A DNA stretch of 64,000 nt from an uncultured Clostridia bacterium. Lineage in GTDB: Bacteria > Bacillota > Clostridia > Oscillospirales > Ruminococcaceae. Below the pieces are notes generated by a model that was given only the letters and a program-made list of their open reading frames with translations, searched no databases and was not told the DNA's origin. The stretch's first letter is position 1. Every line of letters begins with the position of its first letter. Made by a program: the position numbers and the translations under genes. Shown here piece after piece: positions 36,401-43,510 of the stretch. The stretch covers positions 6,925 to 70,924 of the forward strand of contig CANQXX010000005.1 in NCBI GenBank assembly GCA_947627905.1. Direction: 5' to 3'.

Positions 36401-38357
36401 CACCAAGAAAGCTGCTGAGCCGTCCACCGCAAGTCTTACCGTAACTAAAACCGTAACCGGAGAGGGAGCGGATACATCACTTGCATTTGACTTTACGGCG
36501 ACCATAATTCCTCCGAGCACGGTCACAGATATGACATTGTCAGTCAGCGGAGACTATACGGCTGCAACCATTGATGGCGGAACGGTAACATTCAAACTTG
36601 CTCATGAACAGAGTGTGACCATATCCGGCATACCTTCCGGAGCAACGTACACCGTTGCGGAGGACAGCACATATGCGGCGGATTACAGCGTTGAATATAA
36701 AAGTTCCGCAACAGGAACGATAAGCGCTGATGCTCAGGACGTTACTGTGAACGTAATCAACACCAAGAAAGCTGCTGAGCCGTCCACCGCAAGTCTTACC
36801 GTAACTAAATCTGTAGCCGGAGAGGGAGCGGATACATCACAGGAATTTGACTTTACGGTAACCATAATTCCTCCGAGCACGGTCACAGATATGACATTGT
36901 CAGTCGATGATACGGCTGCAACTGTTAGTGGCGGAACAGTAACATTCAAACTTGCTCATGGACGGAGCGTGACCATATCCGGCATACCTTCCGGAGCAAC
37001 GTATACCGTTGAGGAAGACAGCCAATATGCGGCGGATTATGACGTTGATTATGGCGGTTCTGAAACAGGAACGATAAGCGCTGATGCTCAGGACGTTACT
37101 GTGAACGTAATCAACACCAAGAAAACTGCTGAGCCGTCACCAGGTACTACCGCAAGCCTTACCGTAACAAAGTCCGTAACCGGAGAGGGAGCGGATATGA
37201 CACGCGGATTTGACTTTACGGTGACCATATCTCCTCCGACAACGGTTACAGATATGACATTGTCAGTCAGCGATACGACTGCGACCGTTAACGGCGGAAC
37301 AGTAACATTTACACTTACTCATGGACAGAGTATCACCATATCCGGCATACCTTCCGGATCAACATACGAGGTAGTAGAGGCTGAAGCTGAGGGTTATACC
37401 GCTTCCATAACCGGAAAACCGCAAGGAACGATCTCAACCGATATGACGACCGTAGCTTATATCAACACATTCGGAAGCACCGATCCTGACGATCCTGATC
37501 CTCCGGGACCTACAGATCCTCCGGGACCTACAGATCCTCCGGGACCGACAGACCCTCCGGGACCGACAAATCCTCCGGGACCTGTTGATCCTCCGGAGCC
37601 GCCAAAGACATATGAGCTTATTATCCATAAAGATGTTGTTGACGAAGCCGGAAACGACATCAACAGCGAAAATGAGGACAGCTTTGAGTTCGTGATAGAA
37701 ATATTTGACATGAACGGTAACTATGCACCGGGTCCGTTTGGTTATACCGGAACAAAGGGTTCTTCCGGAAGCGTATCCAGCGGCGGAAAGATCACACTTA
37801 AAGCCGGCGAAACTGTAACAGTCGCAGGAATGCCTAAAGGATACAGCTACAACGTAAGAGAAGTCCTGCCGGAAAGCGGAGAGTACAAAATAAACGGAAG
37901 CATAAATGTAGGCGGAACCATAGTAGATCACCGCACAAATGAAGCCGACTTTGAAAACCGCTATATCCCTAAGGACGATCCGAACGATCCCGGAAATCCC
38001 GACGATCCCGGAAATCCCGGCGATCCGGATGATCCCGACAATAACTATCCGGACGACCCCGACGGCAGCGATCCTTATGATCCGGACGTTCCGTATGATA
38101 CCGTAGATTCCGGCGCATCGGCAAGCTCTGATGAAGAGGAGCTTCCCGACGACGAAAATTACGAATATCCCGACGATGCCGAAGAAGCCAAAGAACCCGA
38201 AGAGACTGAGGCTGACGATGATACCGACGGAGACGGCGATATTCCTTACGAGCCGGAAGAAAATGAAAATCCTGAAACCGGCGATTCACTTACCGCAATA
38301 ATGTTTGCACTGGCAGCTTCTGCTGTTGCGGCAATATGCGCAAGAAAGAAGAAGTAA
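27483..38357 (+). CDS. 3,624-aa wall-anchored adhesin with vWA/LamG head, Cna-B/SpaA-like stalk and NPETG sorting signal
   Basis: Features read from the translation, in order:
- signal peptide 'FVSFTLSFAFLFLMLG';
- MIDAS motif 'LVLDASGSM';
- LamG-type signature ('LIGYWDFEED...ILLDDIFLYDIALGEKEVSELY');
- the later vWA elements 'RVSAVRFS', 'GGTNLAVGL' and 'YIVVFTDGKD';
- about a dozen G-x-L-x-I-x-K-x-V stalk units;
- 4 tandem 120-aa repeats;
- PGPTDP repeats;
- an acidic tail;
- 'NPETGDSLTAIMFALAASAVAAICARKKK*'. Confidence 0.92.
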   Translation: MKTTFKRFVSFTLSFAFLFLMLGDMSFQLNISARNYNSHDMYIYIKSWQPDGSYLQDEYYIDASDNEFIIKTGGGKPAAVNNAVYDEARQMLTITPFGEKETSKLSGFAVSAGNDAVTLGVDKSNNFTIQYDPNIHLVKVHIFYSEKQREVAGENFASGATFGKDFKENNPETDVITPDYYNNYLKGYLTSQGVDTTKLAIEDDMYDTSMGLHTNKTAKAADNAEIANYVGEYNTADGARIFDINLEAWYADQAKADIGLVLDASGSMAWVADTTAISEETILPINFNDLTSGDEEKYMSIQVKTGTDEKGKYYEIYETSEKHADGHYCAKVYENEYITPEQLASILDPALTDNSSLSYSDYKYYIYGTRSTEKEFIPLGYWDGNEGKVAKEEAGKEEEVTPVSPVPQRKNLIGYWDFEEDHIAKRNGGQRHPLYPVNVVDGTLSDVGATDSNITEYLSDGYTGGTALRLADWIKKLNSKGPISLNVKPKSNNFTISFAVKNAKNDSSFYKQGLIYIGDKTYQNSNICSDGRGLQPSQGYIIYQYQNESSHSDLRLGNSNNKAVYRNSEGLKSDWQFYTFVFSDEGDIKVYIDGYLKGTKTNSVKTFTNSELESDNFNIILGANIDTSKKYDQILLDDIFLYDIALGEKEVSELYNNIKTINEKGIDGNETPKPSATDDKHRAYSPDGETVIGVYSKDLASGVGENTKGWYYVNSTSNWKENYNSDAVKTGKDLKHLQAGDVIENRINYSDLPKTVQDFVSETDVNAGNGGAICTGSNTFTGKGRKYDGSSVEEKGKYYNPEYEVLEHDSSIELGDKQSKAAITLPSSKTTRQGVESSDGIESPVVFFIDSAGYLRCFYNTGTAEADGKSRASDLDHTSGVSYVYAKNDQQRTKVEELQYSLGRFASQLITESRESRVSAVRFSLEINEKKDRITEKELDHLVLLDWTNDTQEISRLMSLTRGDGSSLGFDPSGDVEQYNYGLTGGTNLAVGLQAYKDNLDKIRLKDGEDNDAKKYIVVFTDGKDTSLESGGDDGKAAKDIAQELKDKNDYEIFVVLLKTGAFTDDAAAEDSKVPGFVSAIAGKKLKEGEDAPTYEKLALDKDISTLTDEELAEEAKDKYIFVATNGEDLTRMFTQGVLMNISEKLTDYTVQDYIDPRFDMIVKNPNTLTDTTDYRLVLGAGGKVTIQSYDDTKKVWTEVTDTTKVFKTGTTAPGDSTLIGNIKLYDGTDGVGLHYDKKENMYFLRWDKEDIPACAVGATKLTVWSREMRLIAKEDFIGGNAVLTNGNKEKMNWVYSNSSKEEGDYANSSGTKDAVRQLSSDNETYLNADVSKGFPRTTVNVRLEDLSFKEKDIVVYLGEELDPVDVAEQAGMEIVKTLYWEYLGRYYYNNPEKGSFDNYNEALKKGIEDIIEKANDNSFIKIDNNASKADIEKAVDDFFNDPSNEHKYVKLPYYYLPVAAGEPEPENNIAADMPQSEDKIGDIYYAISLIDRDVDAGESGTADSSPFETRSTKTRQYKLIVRFVANEVKVEDEIANSDRIEANKNLITETDGTTKAVYPWDRAYKPEQGKAQESVSYGRVYNIGLVKGEVVLGLKIYKEDYDHIHDHLGKQSLDYTGTLMRTAPGSTDPTEAATFTVEFDTERSWDDMNDYASKDKDHTYLFDKDENGEYVVIYAKAEINKDIFKNTETGEEYLPIGKYTIENNKGESTLSGVTFGTVEFVDVEGHDDLFETLRVNNKTTDEMLEAIPSGISPANLEELKTGSKIADALAAGISEDNTQAYLGYPVDEPTEEKKIDGTIYTDNRLALAIISLDMPMGKLEISKEVKSSNDSEIDKSREFTFTVKLYYGDDLTSGTPYEMTDIASHVKINDEAVTGDLAERFTGEKGSYTLILKDGEKAVIDELPDGLKYEITESAPVGYKTTVNETESVSKNGVIEADASGNKTEPVAFTNIKQVGDLKISKTVESLSGDADDLTPEDKDTQFTFTITLAGTSGIDAAGTYNYDYNRTPNAGTVTFGSKGTVTAADGPAFERTKEGIIKLTLKHGESIKIHGLPAKITATVTEDPDGNYETKSNLVNDMVTIEAVDGTSTDANATKAEFTNKHKPLSLEITKNVVVPVGYEASKDTATAFEITVKLENNAGADLTGSYYYKIKGREDTAYPEGDGTSYTVSDGTMTFNLKDGQSVMILGLPEGTKYTVSEENYDGYITEIYLSDGNKLNAETELSNAANQVIVENKMQLGQLTVTKQISSTEALNTFDESIGFEFTVKFEKDGELLAGTYPVTIDGKTEELPLDSDGEMTFELKHNQSALITGLPVGTEYTITETGIAGYDPPKDPVTGTIYTKADLADDYYSATETITNTKNTADLSITKIVYEGSEPIDKDIDNEDYSLKDVFNVELQVYIDTDGVEGYDEKKDIPVTGKYYDSKSNEYEFDGGKTNIEIHHGETVTIEGLPEGACYVVNETFADGYSAGYSVDYENNNKTVGEYNATIRNTKNTGDISITKNVVGYTDPAKSFDFEITVTRGEGHVPVQGTFDTELNGEKGTPIELNNDGVGTFTLSDKGKITIKGLPAGAEVNVVESEKSAAGFTVSVNNEIKDDRKYSGTITAGSGLLAEFTNSSNTANISISKTVENYIAAEDNEAFEFEIEATDNTDFAGAYEVKYETSGVPVDTSSQDTNVTFTKGKATITLYHGQKATIKGVPADMTFTVGEINIPDKYEQVIDNKVIYTKAGDTHLVEFTNKKKSTGTLIVEKKVINGIGTEGPFDISVTFSGTEDLSGIKLDGAEIKGTTVTVTLGNSDEAKFTDIPYGTSFHVEETAESSKGYTVTYSEASETADDGDGKISADTPDVTVTVTNTKKPTASLTVTKTVTGEGADTSLAFDFTATIIPPSTVTDMTLSVSGDYTAATVDGGTVTFKLAHGQNITISGIPSGAMYTVAEDSAYAADYDVKYESSATGTISADAQDVTVNVINTKKAAEPSTASLTVTKTVTGEGADTSLAFDFTATIIPPSTVTDMTLSVSGDYTAATIDGGTVTFKLAHEQSVTISGIPSGATYTVAEDSTYAADYSVEYKSSATGTISADAQDVTVNVINTKKAAEPSTASLTVTKSVAGEGADTSQEFDFTVTIIPPSTVTDMTLSVDDTAATVSGGTVTFKLAHGRSVTISGIPSGATYTVEEDSQYAADYDVDYGGSETGTISADAQDVTVNVINTKKTAEPSPGTTASLTVTKSVTGEGADMTRGFDFTVTISPPTTVTDMTLSVSDTTATVNGGTVTFTLTHGQSITISGIPSGSTYEVVEAEAEGYTASITGKPQGTISTDMTTVAYINTFGSTDPDDPDPPGPTDPPGPTDPPGPTDPPGPTNPPGPVDPPEPPKTYELIIHKDVVDEAGNDINSENEDSFEFVIEIFDMNGNYAPGPFGYTGTKGSSGSVSSGGKITLKAGETVTVAGMPKGYSYNVREVLPESGEYKINGSINVGGTIVDHRTNEADFENRYIPKDDPNDPGNPDDPGNPGDPDDPDNNYPDDPDGSDPYDPDVPYDTVDSGASASSDEEELPDDENYEYPDDAEEAKEPEETEADDDTDGDGDIPYEPEENENPETGDSLTAIMFALAASAVAAICARKKK
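36066..37470 (+). repeat. 4 x ~360-nt (120-aa) in-frame tandem repeat
   Basis: Units begin at 36066, 36426, 36786 and 37149 ('TASLTVTK[TS]V[TA]GEGAD...'). Units 1 and 2 differ at 9 of 120 aa by my count. Confidence 0.9.
37497..37604 (+). repeat. about 6 x 18-nt tandem repeat encoding (D/N)PPGP(T/V) units
   Basis: GATCCTCCGGGACCTACA is repeated head-to-tail from 37497. The later units are degenerate. Confidence 0.85.
38268..38354 (+). other. C-terminal sorting signal: NPETG, hydrophobic segment, RKKK
   Basis: NPETG is encoded at 38268-38282, followed by 'DSLTAIMFALAASAVAAICARKKK*'. Confidence 0.8.
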
Positions 38358-38394
38358 GGCATTTTCAGAAAAGACGGTACAAACAAAAAGATAA

Positions 38395-38431
38395 GACCTC
38401 CCCGTATAAATTTTACGGGGAGATCTTTTTT
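38395..38431 (+). terminator. intrinsic terminator after the adhesin gene
   Basis: A 13-bp stem with one mismatch (38395-38407 with 38415-38427), followed by a T-run. Confidence 0.75.
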
Positions 38432-38440
38432 AGGCAAAGA

Positions 38441-38470
38441 AAACGTCCTGCTTTTGCGGCAGGACGTTTT
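38441..38470 (-). terminator. intrinsic terminator of nadB (usable on both strands)
   Basis: An 11-bp perfect stem, AAACGTCCTGC with GCAGGACGTTT. On the minus strand it is followed by TTTTCTTT. Confidence 0.7.
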
Positions 38471-38474
38471 ATCA

Positions 38475-39938
38475 TCATATAACTTCTTTAAGTATAAGAT
38501 AAGCAACTGTAGTAAGGGACTTTGCTTCAACATAATTCTGGTCGATAATGAAATTGCCTTCTTCAAGCATACGCTTTATTTCGGAAATGCGTTCAAATCC
38601 CGAAAGGGCTTCCTGCATATTTGGTATTACGAAGTAGGACTTCTGTATAATATGGCGTACTTCCGTCCGTATTCCCCGCGGGATAGGCACTGCGTCCGCA
38701 TTTACAGGGAAATCGGCGCTTTCAAGGCTGTCAAGAGGGCAGCTTTGATTTTCCGTGATGCGTTTTGAAATATCTTCCGCAGCCTGTCTGCCGAAAACAA
38801 GAGCTTCCAGCAGCGAATTTGAAGCAAGCCTGTTATTTCCGTGAACGCCTGTGTGTGAACATTCACCGACTGCGTAAAGCCCGTCGATAGACGACATTGC
38901 CGATGTATTTACGTTTATTCCGCCCATAAGATAATGCTGGCAGGGATATATGGGTATCATGTCCTTGGTCATGTCTATACCCTGACTGAGCAGATATTTG
39001 TATATCATAGGGAATCTGTTTTTCAGGAACTCCGGATCCTTGTGGGTTATGTCAAGATAAAATTCATCGGAGTTCAGCTTTCTGCCCTCGCTGATTATGG
39101 CGTGAGATACAACGTCGCGCGGAGCAAGTTCAAGGCGGTCGTCATAATTCTGCATAAAGCGTTCCTTGTTGCAGTTTTTGAGGTAAGCGCCTTCGCCGCG
39201 GACGGCTTCCGAGATAAGGAAGCATTCTCTGGTATGCTTGTTGTTGAACGCCGTCGGGTGGAACTGTATAAGCGAAAGATTTTTTATATTTGCACCCATT
39301 TCATAAGCAAAAGTTATGCCGTCTCCGGTGGCAATGGCGGAATTTGTGGTGTAATCATATACTCTGCCTATGCCGCCCGTTGCAAGTACAAAATAACGGC
39401 TGTTGAATGTGCAGTGCTCGTCGTTGTGAAGTATATCTGCGGAAAATCCCGTAGAAGTCTTTTTCAGTCTGCAAAGCAAGGCGTTTTCAACGATATCGGT
39501 GTTGGGACGCTTTTTCAGCGCATCCTGAAGCTTTGTGGTTATTTCAAAGCCTGTGGAATCCTTGTGGTGGAAAATACGTCTGCGGGAATGTCCGCCCTCG
39601 AGAGTGCGGTGGAGCTCGCCGTGTTCGTCTCTGTCAAAATCAACGCCCAGTTTCAGTATGGTTTCAATTTCATGGGCAGCTTCGTTGACAAGTATTTTCA
39701 GGCTGTCCGGGTTGTTTTTAAATCCTCCGGCAATAAGCGTATCCTGAGTATGCATACCAACGCTGTCATCTTTCGGCTGATAGACCGCAGCTATGCCACC
39801 CTGCGCAAGAGCCGAATTGCAGAGAATAAGATCGCGTTTTGTTATAACAAGTATTTTCAGCTCATCGGGAAGATTAAGCGCGGTATAGATACCGCCGGCG
39901 CCTGTTCCGGCTATTATGACATCATAATTCTTGACCAT
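38475..39938 (-). CDS. nadB: L-aspartate oxidase
   Basis: 'YDVIIAGTGAGG', 'SALAQGGIAAV', 'EGGHSRRRIFHHKDSTG' and 'GLYAVGECSHTGVHGNNRLASNSLLEALVFG'. Confidence 0.9.
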   Translation of the reverse strand: MVKNYDVIIAGTGAGGIYTALNLPDELKILVITKRDLILCNSALAQGGIAAVYQPKDDSVGMHTQDTLIAGGFKNNPDSLKILVNEAAHEIETILKLGVDFDRDEHGELHRTLEGGHSRRRIFHHKDSTGFEITTKLQDALKKRPNTDIVENALLCRLKKTSTGFSADILHNDEHCTFNSRYFVLATGGIGRVYDYTTNSAIATGDGITFAYEMGANIKNLSLIQFHPTAFNNKHTRECFLISEAVRGEGAYLKNCNKERFMQNYDDRLELAPRDVVSHAIISEGRKLNSDEFYLDITHKDPEFLKNRFPMIYKYLLSQGIDMTKDMIPIYPCQHYLMGGINVNTSAMSSIDGLYAVGECSHTGVHGNNRLASNSLLEALVFGRQAAEDISKRITENQSCPLDSLESADFPVNADAVPIPRGIRTEVRHIIQKSYFVIPNMQEALSGFERISEIKRMLEEGNFIIDQNYVEAKSLTTVAYLILKEVI

Positions 39939-40039
39939 TTATAATTCCTTCTTTTTCAACATTATGCAGAAATTTAAGGCAATGTCATGAAAGCACATTC
40001 ATAACATTGCCCTTATTGTACCACATATTTCCGAATAAG

Positions 40040-40924
40040 TCAAGAAAAATAAGCCTGTCCGGTAACTACTCTGTCATGTCCGGCAAGATCCTTATGAACG
40101 GCGATGTTCTTATAGCCGCTTTTTTGCAGGATATCCTTAACTGCTTCGCCTTGTTCAAAGCCTATTTCAAAGGCGATAAGTCCGCCGTCTTTGAGTATCT
40201 CTTTCCACAGAACGGAAATTATCCTGTAGAATTTCAGACCGTCCATTCCGCCGCGCAGGGCAAGCTCAGGCTCATATTTCACTTCACGGGAAAGCTCGTT
40301 CATTTCCTTGTCGGTAAGGTAGGGAGGATTGGACACTACCGCGTCTATCCTGCGGTATTCGCCGAAGTCGTCCGGATCAAGGAAATTTTCCAGAAGCCTG
40401 CCGTCGGTAACATCGCCTTTGATGATCTTCACGTCCGCTTCATTATGGCGGATATTTTTCATAAGATAGGGCATAGCGTCGGAAGAAAGCTCCACTGCGT
40501 GAACAGCCGCTCCCGGCAGTTCTTTTTTCAAGGTTACGGCAATGCAGCCGCTGCCGCTGCAAAGATCGCATATTTCCGGCGAACGGTTATTTTGTCCGGC
40601 AAAATGCTCAATTACCTTTTCAACAAGTATTTCCGTATCGGGGCGGGGGATAAGTACGCCGCTTCCCACGAAGAACGTTCTGCCGAAAAATTCCCATTTC
40701 CCGAGGATATATTGCAGAGGGATACCGGAACAGCGCTTTTCGGCAGCGGACATAAGCCTGTCCGCGTCCGGTTCGGAGACTTCCCTGTCGCCGTGAAGAA
40801 GCAGAGTTACCTTGTCCGCATCAAGGATATCCTCAAAAAGGCAGTCGGTATCGAAGCGGTGATCTTCAACGCCTGCCGCAGCAAGCATATTTTCGGTAAG
40901 CTCGTAAAGTTCTTTTAATATCAA
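40040..40924 (-). CDS. prmC: peptide chain release factor N5-glutamine methyltransferase
   Basis: 'PLQYILGKWEFFGR', 'DLCSGSGCIA' and 'VVSNPPYL' (the NPPY motif). Confidence 0.9.
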   Translation of the reverse strand: MILKELYELTENMLAAAGVEDHRFDTDCLFEDILDADKVTLLLHGDREVSEPDADRLMSAAEKRCSGIPLQYILGKWEFFGRTFFVGSGVLIPRPDTEILVEKVIEHFAGQNNRSPEICDLCSGSGCIAVTLKKELPGAAVHAVELSSDAMPYLMKNIRHNEADVKIIKGDVTDGRLLENFLDPDDFGEYRRIDAVVSNPPYLTDKEMNELSREVKYEPELALRGGMDGLKFYRIISVLWKEILKDGGLIAFEIGFEQGEAVKDILQKSGYKNIAVHKDLAGHDRVVTGQAYFS

Positions 40925-40939
40925 TGTTTAAACGTCCTT

Positions 40940-41512
40940 TCAGAAAGATATCACTCCAAGATGTTCAAGCAGGATCTTCGTTCCGATAAGTATCAGGATA
41001 ACTCCTCCTGCGATCTCGGCTTTATTTTTGTATTTTGCGCCGAAGCGGTTGCCAATAATAACTCCGCCGAGGGAAAGCGCAAAGGTCGTAACGCCGATAA
41101 TAAGTATCGCAAAGAAAATGCTTACTTCAAGGAATGCAAAGGTTATTCCTACTGCAAGGGCGTCAATGCTTGTTGCTATCGCGAGCATGAAAAGCTCGCC
41201 GATTTTCAGGGAATATTCCGTTTCCTCGTCATCGTCCTTTTCGTGCAGGGCGTCGAAAATCATTTTCCCGCCGATAAAAAGCAGCAGAACAAAGGCTATC
41301 CAGTGATCGAAGGCTTCGATATACTTTGAAAATCCGGAGCCGAGCAGGTAGCCGATAAGGGGCATAAGCGCCTGAAATCCGCCGAAAAACAGGGCGATAA
41401 TATAAGCGTGTCCGAGGTTTAATTTCCGCATATTAAGACCTTTGCAGACGGAGACAGAAAACGCGTCCGCAGAAAGTCCTATGCCTATCATAAAAAGTTC
41501 AAAAAATCCCAT
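40940..41512 (-). CDS. mntP: manganese efflux pump MntP family protein
   Basis: 'IGIGLSADAFSVSVCKG' and a second half 'IATSIDALAVGITFA' show the DUF204 duplication. The ATG at 41512 has GGAG upstream. The ORF-track extension to 41632 is non-homologous. Confidence 0.85.
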   Translation of the reverse strand: MGFFELFMIGIGLSADAFSVSVCKGLNMRKLNLGHAYIIALFFGGFQALMPLIGYLLGSGFSKYIEAFDHWIAFVLLLFIGGKMIFDALHEKDDDEETEYSLKIGELFMLAIATSIDALAVGITFAFLEVSIFFAILIIGVTTFALSLGGVIIGNRFGAKYKNKAEIAGGVILILIGTKILLEHLGVISF

Positions 41513-41679
41513 AGCGTGAACGTCTCCTAATGTGTTAAATGTCCGATGCGAATTACAGCTTGTCAATTTAAATTTATGAAAGATATCCTGTTTATATGCA
41601 GGAATTTTATCGGGATAAGTGTCATTGCTCATATCCTGCGGGATATGGGATTTGTCCGGTAAACCGGATTTCTTGATTT

Positions 41680-41708
41680 ATTATACCATGAACATTGCAG
41701 AATTGCAA
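41680..41708 (-). promoter_or_regulatory. sigma-A-type promoter of mntP
   Basis: On the minus strand: -35 TTGCAA (41703-41708), 17-nt spacer, -10 TATAAT (41680-41685). The leader is about 160 nt. Confidence 0.65.
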
Positions 41709-41766
41709 GCACAGAAGAATTATAACAAAAGGTGGGTTTTCATTTATATTTTTTCAATGTACAGAT

Positions 41767-42183
41767 AAATGATAATTTGCGGGGAAGCCCCCGCGGGCTT
41801 TGTCACCCCCAAAGTAAGTTGAAATAGTAAACCGTTTGAACGTGTAGCCCCCTCAAGGGGGCGGGTATGTTTGGTGTTAAGCCTTTAATATCTAAAATTC
41901 TCAACGCTTAAAAAATATTATAGCTGGTCGAGCTGAGCCCAGCTCGCAGGGACAAGGGGCAGAGCCCCTTGTCGCCGTCCGCAGACGGCGAAATCCCCCT
42001 TAAAAAGAGCTCCGCAAGGGGTGAATTGAAGCCGCTTTAGTGGCTTCAAGAGGGGGCTGCCCTGCGATAGAGGGCGCCCCCTTGGCACTAACGATTACTA
42101 TAGTTTAAACCTTGCCAAACAGCCCAGTGAGCTGTTTGGCAACACAGATAAATAAATTTGTGCTTCCCCGCAAATTATCATTT
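41767..42183. repeat. 417-bp unit bounded by perfect 22-bp inverted repeats, containing copy 2 of the hairpin-array core
   Basis: AAATGATAATTTGCGGGGAAGC at 41767-41788 has its exact reverse complement at 42162-42183. ACAGATAAAT occurs at both 41761-41770 and 42144-42153. Confidence 0.85.
41918..42144 (+). repeat. hairpin-array core, copy 2 (same orientation as 14658-14904)
   Basis: It aligns with copy 1 with 5 substitutions by my count. There is also one ~20-nt indel with a few changes around it; copy 1 carries an extra ACGACG-CAAG-CGTCGT hairpin there. Confidence 0.9.
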
Positions 42184-42222
42184 AGCTCAACACTCAACTC
42201 TCAACACTCAACCCTTGTTATA

Positions 42223-42258
42223 TAAAAAACCGCCCGTGCCTTTCAGGACACAGGCGGT
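42223..42258 (-). terminator. intrinsic terminator of gap
   Basis: A 10-bp stem (42229-38 with 42249-58). Its single non-Watson-Crick position is a G-U only on the minus strand. TTTTTT follows on the minus strand. Confidence 0.75.
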
Positions 42259-42280
42259 CTGTATTATTTCTTTAAGAAAC

Positions 42281-43318
42281 TTATGCAAGTTCTGCAAAGT
42301 ACTTGATAGTTCTTACCATCTGAGATGTGTAAGAGTTCTCGTTGTCGTACCAGGAAACTACCTGTACTTCATAGAGATCGTCAGCGATCTTTGCAACCAT
42401 TGTCTGTGTTGCATCAAAGAGTGAACCGTACTTCATGCCGATAACATCGGAAGAAACGATCTGATCTTCATTGTAGCCGAAGGACTCGGAAGCAGCAGCC
42501 TTCATAGCAGCGTTGATAGCTTCCTTGGTAACGTCAGCCTTCTTTACAACAGCTGTAAGGATAGTTGTTGAACCTGTGGGAACAGGAACTCTCTGTGCGG
42601 AACCGATGAGCTTGCCGTTCAGCTCGGGGATAACAAGACCGATAGCCTTAGCAGCACCTGTGCTGTTAGGAACAATGTTAGCAGCGCCGGCTCTTGCTCT
42701 TCTGAGGTCGCCCTTTCTGTGAGGACCGTCAAGGATCATCTGATCGCCTGTGTAAGCGTGGATAGTGGACATGATACCGCTCTGGATAGGAGCAAAATCG
42801 TTAAGAGCCTTAGCCATAGGAGCAAGGCAGTTAGTTGTGCAGGAAGCTGCGGAAATGATCTGATCGTCCTTGGTAAGGGTCTTTTCATTTACGGAATAAA
42901 CAATAGTCTTGAGGTCGTTGCCTGCGGGAGCGGAAATAACAACTTTCTTTGCGCCTGCGTCGATATGAGCCTGTGACTTTTCCTTAGAGCAATAGAAGCC
43001 TGTGCACTCGAGAACAACATCAACACCGAGCTCACCCCAAGGGAGTTCGTTTGCCTTTGCCATAGCATAGATCTTAAGGGTCTTGCCGTCAACTGTGATA
43101 GTACCTGCTTCATCATCAGCGGAAACAGTGTGGAGATTTTCACCTATTTTTCCGCAATAACCGCCCTGTGCGGTATCATACTTGAGAAGCTGAGCAAGCA
43201 TTGAAGGCTTTGTAAGGTCGTTGATAGCAACAACATCATAGCCCTCTGCGCCGAACATCTGTCTGAATGCAAGACGTCCGATTCTGCCGAAACCATTGAT
43301 TGCAACTTTAACTGCCAT
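42281..43318 (-). CDS. gap: type I glyceraldehyde-3-phosphate dehydrogenase
   Basis: '[15 protein letters not shown]' and '[12 protein letters not shown]'. The ATG at 43318 has GGAGG upstream. Confidence 0.95.
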   Translation of the reverse strand: MAVKVAINGFGRIGRLAFRQMFGAEGYDVVAINDLTKPSMLAQLLKYDTAQGGYCGKIGENLHTVSADDEAGTITVDGKTLKIYAMAKANELPWGELGVDVVLECTGFYCSKEKSQAHIDAGAKKVVISAPAGNDLKTIVYSVNEKTLTKDDQIISAASCTTNCLAPMAKALNDFAPIQSGIMSTIHAYTGDQMILDGPHRKGDLRRARAGAANIVPNSTGAAKAIGLVIPELNGKLIGSAQRVPVPTGSTTILTAVVKKADVTKEAINAAMKAAASESFGYNEDQIVSSDVIGMKYGSLFDATQTMVAKIADDLYEVQVVSWYDNENSYTSQMVRTIKYFAELA

Positions 43319-43384
43319 AATAAAATTCCTCCTAAAAGAAATGTAAATTTTACCGGCGTTCTTTTCCGAACACCACATGTATCT

Positions 43385-43413
43385 ATTTTAACCTATTTTT
43401 GCGAATTTTTCAA
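43385..43413 (-). promoter_or_regulatory. sigma-A-type promoter of gap
   Basis: On the minus strand: -35 TTGAAA (43408-43413), 17-nt spacer, -10 TAAAAT (43385-43390). Confidence 0.6.
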
Positions 43414-43510
43414 GACCTTTTTTAAAAAATTCTACAAAAATTTATCTCCAAAGGGAATAACTTGAAATATCGGTGATATCCAAGGGCATAAAGATACGGG
43501 ATATTGCTTT

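Noticed and set aside
39939-40039. The hairpin AAGGCAATGT...ACATTGCCTT between prmC and nadB, considered as a regulatory element.
   Set aside because: It is most simply a weak minus-strand terminator or RNA-stability hairpin after prmC. It has no T-run and I recognised no known motif.
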